A stretch of 64,000 nt of DNA, taken from IMG/VR virus record IMGVR_UViG_3300042526_000402, positions 71,861 through 135,860 of that record; one strand, given 5' to 3'. Positions 22,101 through 30,900 of this stretch are shown here, piece after piece. This stretch comes from a virus. Both the position numbers and the translations under genes were made by a program. Under the pieces are notes generated by a model. That model was not told where the DNA came from. It worked only from the letters and a program-made list of their open reading frames with translations, and did not search any database. Each line of letters begins with the position of its first letter. Within the stretch, counting starts at the first letter, position 1.

Positions 22101-22274
22101 ATCTCTTGTGACAGCACTGTTGTATAATTGACCGTATAAGTTGTTTATATTATTAAAATTGGTATCATATTGATTTTGCTTTGTTTGCAAAACATTCAGA
22201 TAAAAATTATAATCTGGCTGAAACGGTTGTATTTCAGGAATATAATCTGTAACACCTTGTAAATAAGTAGCCAT
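19119..22274 (-). CDS. Putative ejection/cargo protein
   Basis: 1051 aa, Cys-free, helical and Gln/Asn-rich. N-terminus MATYLQGVTDYIPEIQPFQPDYNFY. Syntenic with crAss-like cargo genes. Confidence 0.6.
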   Translation of the reverse strand: MATYLQGVTDYIPEIQPFQPDYNFYLNVLQTKQNQYDTNFNNINNLYGQLYNSAVTRDDSNKMKDDYLKKIDFELKRVSGLDLSLEQNVQQATQVFKPFYENKNLIKDIALTKNYNSEVGMATSLLNSKDEKERARYWDVGVKAMQMRLEEFKNADASEVLSFSNISYTPYVNAQKKYFDLAKEYNISVDITQPDKSGMYMVRQKNGELVIPSLQKLFLNTYVNDPELQRVYATEAYVKRKTEIDTRASKFNGDKKAAEKDYLQEQYRHLSNFVSEKSTQADEKVTVENNKKSSVENDIEKGDVHPKQGSYLQRIQQSLEVESFIKDHNSKLNEQLNGQSNTVNTQGLGAKTGGLDIDNLELSRDKIDSGYANLLAQEDILGAANDYAKIGMIYDTKVNPIGLENMRHSHNMRRDASQNAFNMQRDKMKYDFEISKFKDQQKHDEKMAIAKAKFEEDNLVKEHMLSIGAAELDKNGNIVATKNTQKFEPINAGNTGNVTVNWMKHNRDYLFQTVDKNATGYANNLINLISSGIEGSNPEIDRVELAGILGTTPDKALQEFRKIKEDYRNNKSQTVRNLTVQGKLFNMKDKMDRWAYANDGTSLSRNYLSKAKDSGNFEEVRQFFKVYKEAKKDNYKVIQKDLSTALASANLSDQVSKEILKLYNEQYLQGKIDEDRFEDLVENSIIGANRRKKKLVHANNKKTPGGSYTTVSPTTNISSTSQIKAGDVYTHNEDGASILKMLNKTFNATVTNSNNKIGMRTVAPTKMQGKGKGSLAAVPTSIDVNLGWKGSDGYQYFAQTVEDINKISFSNQDGLHGISIDGPNKGGKIEVNEENAGKFNKYKRLANDLLYLASQKQKDKPVLFKLLQSQIAFENENAGAMTIKFPREFLEKHLKDGDYKISATELEKIYNNGITYVAPKSSWKNQMFQSNEIDPSEAMLNLKSKIRYVDPNNGGNFVFEKDPQSGDIRYNVKYHVADEDGNLVPDLNDTESLALGKNISEAKQEIISKIESANQHNIQMFQKFHKENNQKALANMTKFFGITPKDAGFSY

Positions 22275-22338
22275 AATTTTTTATTATTTAGTATTGTAAA
22301 ACTATTAAAATATTATAAGTTTAATAAACATATCAAGT

Positions 22339-25071
22339 TTAAAAAATAAAAGGAAAAGTTATATCACTATACATAAAACCACCCATTTTAAGTGGCGGTG
22401 TTTTGTCTGTTGCTGGATATTGAGCTAATATAGCGGCTTTAGCATCAGCATCTAAATCTGAACTTTCCGTAGTTTTACTTTGAGAATCTTTTAAACACTT
22501 AGCTAATGCCTCTCCAGATAAACCTAATTTTTTACAGTCCTCAGCATTACTAAAATAATCATTAGCTGTAGTTGGAGTATGTTGTTTAGCTTTTGTTGGA
22601 TCAAATGTAACTCTACCACCTGTTCTAGGATCTGTTTTGTATTGAGGATGCATAGTATTCATAGCTTGAGTCTTAGCAGCATTGGTAATTCCTGATACAG
22701 TTTGATTTATCACGTCATTAACTGATGCTCTCTTAAAATTATCAAACTGTTGATTAGCTACTGTATTTTGGTCATACATCTTAGCTTGATTAGCTTGATT
22801 CATTGAAGCCTCTTGATTGTTAATATTTGCAATATTACTTTCAAATTGGTTTGCAATGTTTACATTGGCATTATTGTACTTAGCCATTACATCCGCAGCA
22901 TTTTTAGATGCTTGTCCTTGTATAGAAGCAGATCTAGCTGATAATGCTTGTGGTCCTGCAAACTGAGCCATACCAGCAGTTTGAATATTTGCTTGTTCTG
23001 CATTAGCAGCAAGTTCTCTAGTAGGATCCATAAAAGTAGGTTTTGGTGTTTGCAAGTCTACTCTTGCAGCTCCCATAGGCATATACTTTTTAGCAGAAAA
23101 TAAATTCATAGCTGCACCTGCAGTCTTGATTTTATCTTGTAACCAGAATGGAGCATCTTCTTCTGTAGGCTGTTCTACAGTTTCATCTTTTTCCTCTGTG
23201 TTAATAACAGTACCATCTTCAGTTTTTACTTGTGGTTGTTCATCATCTACATATTCTCCTTGGTTATTTGCAATACCATAACTTTGAGCAGCTGTTGTGT
23301 TACCTTCATATCCATCAATAGGTGAAGTTTGAGCAAACAATTTACCACCAGCAGTTTCATCAGTATCACCTGTATGATATAAAAATTTACCACCTGAAGC
23401 ATCTTTAGGATCACCTAACATGTTTTCTAAAGCATAAGCTTCATTAGCGTCAGTATACTTACCAGATCTAAAATCATTGTTTAACTGAACATAACCTCTA
23501 CCAACAGATTGAGCTAATTTTACATCTAAAGAACCTTCTTTTGGTGCAACTGTAATACCTGCTTTTCTTTGAACAGCTTGTAAGCTGCTCCAATCTTGTT
23601 TTTCATATTTATCAATTTCAGCTTGTGCTTCTTTTACATCAGTAAACACACCTGCTTTTACAAGGTCATCAGCACTTTTTAATTTTTCACCACTGTTAGT
23701 AAACATAGCTGTATTTACACCAGTTTCTTTAAGTTTATTTGCTCTTCTAGTCTGATCAAGCATTATTTTTGCTACACTATCTTCAGTTAATGTTCCATTT
23801 TCAATAGCTTTTAGCATTGCTGGATCAACTTTACCATTTGAATAAGAAGACTTATCTTTTATCTGCATCAAAGTAGACTCATACAATTTCTTTTTTACAA
23901 TAGGATCTTTTAAAGTTTCTTCCAACAGTGCTTCTTGAGCTCTATTTATTTTAGCTAATTGTGTAAGATCCTTACCATCAAAAGTTTCACCTTTTGGAGC
24001 AATGTATTTTTGTTTCTTACCATCTTTTATGTAATCAACATCTTTACCTTTATTGTCATACCTCAGTCTTCTGATTTCTGCAGGAGTCTTACCTGTTATA
24101 TCAACTTTCTGTCTTTCTTTTACTTCACCTTGTGTTTGATATCTATTTAATGCACCGCCTCTAGCATACATAGGAGAATTATTTCTACCCATGTAATTTC
24201 TTGGATTAGCTCCCATTGCCATACCATATTCTGCTTGTGGTACTGAATCTGCAAAAGGCATATCATATCCACCCATAGCCATACCGTATTGAGCCATTGG
24301 TTGTTGCGGAGCTGCTTGAGGCATTGCTACTGGTTGACCTTGATTCATTCCTTGAGCTTCATCTTGCAATTCTGTATTAGAATTTGCAGTTTCATCTTCA
24401 GCAAGTTTACCTTCAATTTGTTTAGAAAATTGAGCAACACCAGGATCTAAGAAACTTTCTTCTGAATATTTGTTTTCTTTTACAGTTGGTTGAGATACTT
24501 TAGCAATACCTTGAGGGAAACCTTTCTTACCTTCTTGTACAATTGCTAACATACCAAGTTTATTTTGGTAGTTTTTAATCATCAACTCTGCAGTTTTTTT
24601 ATCAATACTATCAGAATTAGAATCTTGAAGTATCTTTCTATACTTCTCAATATCATATTGTTTTGCTAATTGAGCTGGAGTGTAACTTTTCTTACCTTTA
24701 GAATTTTTACCAAACATGGTTAATAATTCTGGTTCTTTTACACTCATACCTTTAAAATCACTGTAGATAAAAGTATCATCTGGTAAGTTTAATGGAACAC
24801 CACCATTAGAGTGTCTAGGACCTTTAATAGTTTTGTGTTCAGCCATTCCATCACCATTGATATCACCATATACAGTTTCACCTCCTTCAGCTTCTAAATT
24901 AGCATCTTCTCTAGGAACAGCTGTCATATACTTACTGGATTTCAGCTTTGGCTGTCCTATGTAAGTATTATAGTCTGCACCACCCATTGCTGGTACATCA
25001 TTTGCTAAAGAACCTTGTACTTGGTAACCTGTTCTAGCTTGCGGTAATTTTGTTATTCTAACCCTTATCAT
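22339..25071 (-). CDS. Putative cargo protein (crAss cargo protein 1-like)
   Basis: 910 aa. EAEGGET...GPRHSNGGVPLNLPDDTFIYSD motif recognisable from crAss-like cargo proteins, and an Ala/Gln/Asn-rich C-terminal region typical of ejection proteins. Confidence 0.6.
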   Translation of the reverse strand: MIRVRITKLPQARTGYQVQGSLANDVPAMGGADYNTYIGQPKLKSSKYMTAVPREDANLEAEGGETVYGDINGDGMAEHKTIKGPRHSNGGVPLNLPDDTFIYSDFKGMSVKEPELLTMFGKNSKGKKSYTPAQLAKQYDIEKYRKILQDSNSDSIDKKTAELMIKNYQNKLGMLAIVQEGKKGFPQGIAKVSQPTVKENKYSEESFLDPGVAQFSKQIEGKLAEDETANSNTELQDEAQGMNQGQPVAMPQAAPQQPMAQYGMAMGGYDMPFADSVPQAEYGMAMGANPRNYMGRNNSPMYARGGALNRYQTQGEVKERQKVDITGKTPAEIRRLRYDNKGKDVDYIKDGKKQKYIAPKGETFDGKDLTQLAKINRAQEALLEETLKDPIVKKKLYESTLMQIKDKSSYSNGKVDPAMLKAIENGTLTEDSVAKIMLDQTRRANKLKETGVNTAMFTNSGEKLKSADDLVKAGVFTDVKEAQAEIDKYEKQDWSSLQAVQRKAGITVAPKEGSLDVKLAQSVGRGYVQLNNDFRSGKYTDANEAYALENMLGDPKDASGGKFLYHTGDTDETAGGKLFAQTSPIDGYEGNTTAAQSYGIANNQGEYVDDEQPQVKTEDGTVINTEEKDETVEQPTEEDAPFWLQDKIKTAGAAMNLFSAKKYMPMGAARVDLQTPKPTFMDPTRELAANAEQANIQTAGMAQFAGPQALSARSASIQGQASKNAADVMAKYNNANVNIANQFESNIANINNQEASMNQANQAKMYDQNTVANQQFDNFKRASVNDVINQTVSGITNAAKTQAMNTMHPQYKTDPRTGGRVTFDPTKAKQHTPTTANDYFSNAEDCKKLGLSGEALAKCLKDSQSKTTESSDLDADAKAAILAQYPATDKTPPLKMGGFMYSDITFPFIF

Positions 25072-25080
25072 AATTCAAAG

Positions 25081-27918
25081 TTATATATATTCTACTTCTC
25101 CTCCATTAGCAAGGAACTCTTCTAATTCTTCTTCAGTCATTTCAACTTCATCATCTTCAGCATAACCACCTTCTTGCATGTAACCACCATAGTTATAAGA
25201 CTTTGCAGATGAACCATTTTTTAAATATCTTTTTGCAACTTCTTCATTTGTAGTTGTATGAATTACTTTTCCATTTGTATCACGTACTATATATGTTGGA
25301 GGATTAGTAAACCTATGCTCTATTGTTCTACCATCATTCTCTTTTTTCTTATAATTGTTAAGTCTTTCAAGATGTTCCTGTGAATTTTCATATGTACTAT
25401 TTTGTCCACCATCTTGCATGTATCCACCTTCTTGACCATATGCAAATCTACCACTTGTATCACTACCCATTTGATCATATCTAAACTGACCCAGTTGTTG
25501 ACCATAGTCTACATAATCACCTCTGTCTTTTGAGTTAGATGCTGCATACATGTTATCGGAAGTGAAATTGTTTTCATACATTTCCTTTTCCTGTTTAGCT
25601 GTATCAAGATTATTCATAAACCCTGTTACAGCAGTTGCCCCTACATTAAAAGCATTAACACCATCTTCACCAGTAAAGTTACTTGGAGCTCTTTGTTTAT
25701 CAATTGCAATTATATCATCATTTTTTGGTTGTTCTTCTTTTTTAGGATCACCCAAAAATTGTGTTGTCAATTGATCAGGCATTCCTTTTAAATTATTAGG
25801 ATTCATAGACATATTATCACCTAAACCATTATTCTTAGACATAATATTACCTAACTGAGTTGTAGTAACAGTCGGATCTGATTCTTTTTTTTCTGGAGGT
25901 CCTATTTGTGCTTTTGGTAAACCACCATATCTAAAAAATCCATTATCCATTCTATCTTCTACTTGCATTCTTGATTGCACTTCATCAGCTGTAATTTCTC
26001 TATCTGGTTCTTCAAATAAACCTTTATCATATTTAGCTTTTATCAGCTCCATATTTTTACTATTATCAGGTCTAAAATGTTTAAGATTATTAAACTGGTT
26101 AGCCAATCTTAACTTGCCTTTACTTAAAGTTTCTTCTTCATCTTCTACATCTTCGTCATCATAAAAGGTTTGTAATTTTGTTCTTGCATCATTTTCTTTT
26201 TCTTCAAAGGGTATCATTGACTCTCTTTCTGCATCCAAATCCATTTCTTCTTTTGCTAAAGCATCTTCTTTTGCAATTTGGTCTAATAATGTTTTTTCTT
26301 CTGAAGCTTCTTTAGCTGCTGCTTCATCAATTTGTTGTTGTTCATAATCAATCATATTTTTAGAATCATAATCTTCTTCTGTAAAGCCTGGATCTGGACC
26401 AGCTACAATAAAAGGTGAATCAAAGCGTTTACCTTTTTCATCACGTGTAAGATAAACATTACCTTTATATGGAAAGTTATCAGACTTATCTATATCAGAT
26501 ACAAAAGATTTATCTTTATCCCAAGCATCATCACTTCTTTTTTGATCTCTTGCTAAGTCTTCTTCACTATCATATCTATACTCAGCATGAACACCTTTGT
26601 TAAATTTAGCATCTTCTGCTAATGACTTAGCACCTCTTCTAGCCTCTCTACCTAATTGTCTATCTCCTCTTCTGATTTCTCTTTTTGCTTTACCAGATAA
26701 GTCATCCCAAAGTTCTTTTTCAACACCGTGTTTTAAGTTTTTATCTTTATCAGTAGGTACTATTGGTTTACCAGTTGATTTAGAATAATATTCAGTCCAT
26801 TGTTTAGGTCTTCCAAATAATCCTCTTTTGTGAACTGTTTTAGCATATGGATTTAATCCTTCAAAAGAATCTTTGTATTCTTCTTTTGTTTTTGCATTAT
26901 ATGCTTTACCTGATATGATACCTCTTCTTGCCTCCGGTAGAAAATCTGCTTCATAAAATGGTAAGTCAGTTCCCCCGTACATAAACATTTCCGGTTGTTC
27001 TTCTCCTACATAACCACCACTTTGAAAACCTTGTTCCATTGTATCATCTTCAGGAGCAGGACTGTCATCTGAAAATGTTTGAGCAATTTTCATTAGTTCA
27101 GGCTTGTTAGACTTTATCATTTTATTATACAAGTCTTCAATCTTTGCCTTATTAGCTTGCTCTTTAATAAGGTTCATGAAATTATTCTTTCTTTTTGATA
27201 CTTCATCATCCATTGTATCAAATTTATTCCCTTGACCAATTGATTCATCTTGACCTTCTCCTCCTTCTAGTAATTTTTTAAGAACATTATTTACAAAAGA
27301 TTTTTTACTTCCTCCTCTTTTGTATTCAGGCTCTTCATAAAAACTTAAAGGAACTGCAGATTCATAATAATTATTCAATCCTGGTACAACTGTATCTGGT
27401 TGTTCTAAGTAACTGTAATCAGGTTGATCTTGAGAATCTTCAGTAGATCCGCCATCTTGATATTCATCAGACTGAGCACCATCATCTTCAGAACCATATG
27501 AATTAAAATAGTCAGTTGCTTGATCTGGTTCTTCTTCTTGCTCTGACTCTTGTTGCTCTGCAGATTCTTTCTCAGCTTTTTCTTTCTCTAACTGAGCAGT
27601 TTCTTCTTCAGCTTGTTTTTCAGACACACTGTTATCAGGATTCAATTCACCAGCTGCAACCATTTGATCAACAACAATTGTCAATAATTTTTCAGCAATA
27701 GCTTCAGACATACCAGATGCAACTAACTCACCAAAGACATCATCTATCTCTTCCTCATTCTTTAACTTTTGATAAATACTTTGCATGTAAGTATTTATCA
27801 TTTGTTTCTGATCAACTTGTGTACCAGCTTGAGCTTTTTCTAAAAAAGCTTTTGTCTTATTTACATAAGAACCCTGTTGATTAGGGTCCTTATATATTCT
27901 TACCATTCTTTTATTCAT
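25081..27918 (-). CDS. Acidic modular virion/cargo protein
   Basis: 945 aa, low complexity and acidic, with many xQxGG-type motifs and a C-terminal EMTEEELEEFLANGGEVEYI repeat. Located in the cargo block. Confidence 0.55.
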   Translation of the reverse strand: MNKRMVRIYKDPNQQGSYVNKTKAFLEKAQAGTQVDQKQMINTYMQSIYQKLKNEEEIDDVFGELVASGMSEAIAEKLLTIVVDQMVAAGELNPDNSVSEKQAEEETAQLEKEKAEKESAEQQESEQEEEPDQATDYFNSYGSEDDGAQSDEYQDGGSTEDSQDQPDYSYLEQPDTVVPGLNNYYESAVPLSFYEEPEYKRGGSKKSFVNNVLKKLLEGGEGQDESIGQGNKFDTMDDEVSKRKNNFMNLIKEQANKAKIEDLYNKMIKSNKPELMKIAQTFSDDSPAPEDDTMEQGFQSGGYVGEEQPEMFMYGGTDLPFYEADFLPEARRGIISGKAYNAKTKEEYKDSFEGLNPYAKTVHKRGLFGRPKQWTEYYSKSTGKPIVPTDKDKNLKHGVEKELWDDLSGKAKREIRRGDRQLGREARRGAKSLAEDAKFNKGVHAEYRYDSEEDLARDQKRSDDAWDKDKSFVSDIDKSDNFPYKGNVYLTRDEKGKRFDSPFIVAGPDPGFTEEDYDSKNMIDYEQQQIDEAAAKEASEEKTLLDQIAKEDALAKEEMDLDAERESMIPFEEKENDARTKLQTFYDDEDVEDEEETLSKGKLRLANQFNNLKHFRPDNSKNMELIKAKYDKGLFEEPDREITADEVQSRMQVEDRMDNGFFRYGGLPKAQIGPPEKKESDPTVTTTQLGNIMSKNNGLGDNMSMNPNNLKGMPDQLTTQFLGDPKKEEQPKNDDIIAIDKQRAPSNFTGEDGVNAFNVGATAVTGFMNNLDTAKQEKEMYENNFTSDNMYAASNSKDRGDYVDYGQQLGQFRYDQMGSDTSGRFAYGQEGGYMQDGGQNSTYENSQEHLERLNNYKKKENDGRTIEHRFTNPPTYIVRDTNGKVIHTTTNEEVAKRYLKNGSSAKSYNYGGYMQEGGYAEDDEVEMTEEELEEFLANGGEVEYI
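25166..25428. repeat. Imperfect 23-bp direct repeat (GGYMQ[D/E]GG) with copies 240 bp apart, inside the 945-aa gene
   Basis: ccaccttcttgcatgtaaccacc at 25166-25188 versus ccaccatcttgcatgtatccacc at 25406-25428 (21/23 identical). Confidence 0.8.
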
Positions 27919-27930
27919 AATACTGCTGTA

Positions 27931-27942
27931 TAATATAATATA
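27931..27942 (-). promoter_or_regulatory. Candidate phage late-promoter element TATATTA (tandem copy)
   Basis: Minus strand TATATTATATTA 12 nt upstream of the 945-aa start. The same core occurs in four other intergenic gaps. Confidence 0.4.
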
Positions 27943-27976
27943 ATAAATTTAAACTTATAAATTAAACTTTTAATGT

Positions 27977-30900
27977 TTAATCAACTAAAGCCATACCTGC
28001 ACCTGTAAAACTATTTTTATTTGCATAACCATAATTCCAATCCTTTAATTTCTTATCAGTGATATTACCTTTTACAGAAGAAGAATAACTACCGGCATCA
28101 GCTACACCAAGAACTAACTTATTAGGTTGTAATTTGTATAGTTTTTTAATTTCTTCACCTTCTTTCTTAATTGCATTTGGTGAACCTGCATAGTGCACAT
28201 ATCTTGTTTTTCCTTTGTAAGGGAATATAAATACAACAGATTGACCAGATGAATAGTCATATACATTAGGATCTTTACCAGATGAAACTGGTATGGTAGC
28301 TTTTGTACTTCCTTTTTTAGTCCAATAAGTATGACCAGGAAAATTATCATCAGCAACTTTTTTATTAAAGTCAATGTTGTCAAATTTTTCTTGTCTAACT
28401 AAGAATGTATTTTTATGCAAATCTTTAGCTGGTATATCTTTCTTAGGAACATATTTTACAGCAAAGTTTCCATCTTTTTGTTTTTCTAATTTACCTACAA
28501 AACCATCAGGTTTAAGATTGTTATAGTAATCTTTTGTTAAAGGATGCATATAACCTGTTAAAGGACTCTGATCTAGGAAGTGCATTACTGCTCCTTTAGA
28601 TTTTATGTTTAAGTCAGGATTTCTTTCTGCTCTTGTTCCATACACTTGTACTTTCATTGGATCATCATTAGAAGCAGCTACTCTAAACTGCCATCTTGAA
28701 CCTTTTTCATTACCACCTAAATCATCAAATCTTTTTGTAGTTCTGAATTTTTCATTTTCTTTTTCTTCTTTTTCTTTATAAGTTTCAAGTTTAGGTAACT
28801 TATAACTTGTAGCTTCAACTTGATCAGACAAGTCATATTTTTGTGCAGGTTTTTTAATCCATGCTGGTGCTGATTCATCAATCCAAGAATCAAGTACTCC
28901 TGCATAATCTCTTTTTTTAGAGTTAATAGTAGTAACTAAATTATTTCTTTCTTTTAATTTATTATCAAAAGCAGCTTTAACTTGTTTTCTTTTCTCTGGA
29001 GAATGTTTAGGATTAGTGTAATCATAATACAAGTTTTGTAAAGATTGATCATAGCTACCCATTCTATTAGTTAAATTACTAATTACTTTGTATCCAGAAT
29101 CTTCTTTAACAACTTTCTCTTCTGTTTCTGGTTTTACTTCAGTAATCTTAGAACCTTTCTTAAAACTTATCTCAGGTTTTAAAGTATTTTGAAACTTAGT
29201 TATATCTTGAGGTGGTTTTGCTTTTACAACAGGTTTTTTAACTGGGAATTGTTTTCCATTTACTTCAGGTAAGTTAGGTGAAACAATATCAAATTTACCA
29301 GGTTCTCCTTGAAGATCTTGAAAATTTTTGATAGGTGCTATTTTTTCAGTATCAGATACAATAGGTTTTAAATTTAATCCTTGTTGAATTTTTAACATTC
29401 TAGCTTTAAACTCTTGAGTTGACTCTTGAGTTAATGGTTCTTTCACAGTTAATTTCTTTTTAGGAGCTGTTGGAAAAAATGAATTCTGTAACTGTTTCTG
29501 TTTTTTAATACTATCCGGAGTTAAACTGTCTCTTATAGCATTAACATAGTTTTTTAACTCAGCTTCTTTTAATTTAGTTTGATTAACTTGTTTACTTTTT
29601 TCAAATTGTTTAACCGTATTATTAACAGGTTTAGGTTTTAAGTTTGAATCTGATATTAAATTTAATTTCTTAACCGGGATGTTCTGATACTGTATAGTTT
29701 CAGATTTCATTCTTGAGTCAGGTGTTTTTAAATTTACTGGTGCTGCAGTTCTTTTTAATATTTCATCAACACTTCTTACAGGAATATTTGCTGTATTAAC
29801 TGCTTTAGATTTACTATTAGAAGCACTAAATAAATTAGGGTATCTTTTCATAAGACCCTCTTTTGTACCAATTTGTTGAGCAACTAAATCTTCTAAGGTA
29901 TTACCTTTCTGAACTAGTGTACTTACTATTTGATCATACTTATTGTAATCAAAAGTAGGCTTACTTTCAAGATTTTCTTTAACTACAGATGTAGCATCAG
30001 CTAATAGTTTTTGTGCTAAAGCTACATTTTGTTCATATGAACCATCAGTTAAACCTTGTCTTTTAGCTTCAGACCACGGTGTACCAGTTTTCTCTTCCCA
30101 TATTTTATATGGTAATTGACCACCAGATTGCATCTCAGGTTCATCTACTTCTTCAACTATATAACCTTGGTTTATATAGTCTTGAATCTCATCATCTGAT
30201 AATTCAGTAACAACACCTCCTTTTTTAAATCTTCTTGGTGCTTTCTCTTCTTCTTTATTTAAAGCACCAATACTAAATGCTGCTGGGACAACAGCAGGAA
30301 ATACTTTTAGTAATTTACGTTTTACTTCATTAGAAGTAGTATTTTTAAAATGGTTATTAACATCTTTTACAGTAATATAAAAATCATATAATTCATCTGA
30401 ACCTTCAGATTCTAAATTTTTAACTAAACTAGTAGCATCAGCAACAGATAAATTATACTCTTTCATATAATTTTTAACTGCTTTTAATCTAGCTATTTGT
30501 AAATCAGAATGTAACTCATTAACACCTGCCTGCCAACTTTCAGTACTGTAGCTATCACCTGGTTTTTCAAGTTTTGTAGGTTCAACCATAGCTTCTTCAA
30601 ATTCTTTAGCTAATTTACTATCACCTTTTTTAGTTACATAACCTGTAGTTGGATCCATGTCAGCTAAACCTCTAAGCCAATTTTTATATTTTTGATTGTC
30701 ATGACCTAACTCATGTATATTTACTTCTCCAATAAATGTTGGATCAATCATTTTTTGTTCAATATACTTGATTAATTCTTGATCATCTAAATCATTAGTA
30801 TTATTTTTTTTAAATGCATTTAACCAAGTTTTTGGTTCTAAAAGTTTAGCTTTTTTTTCTGGAAGTTTTTTGTAATATACAGGAGGATTAGGTTGAGAAG

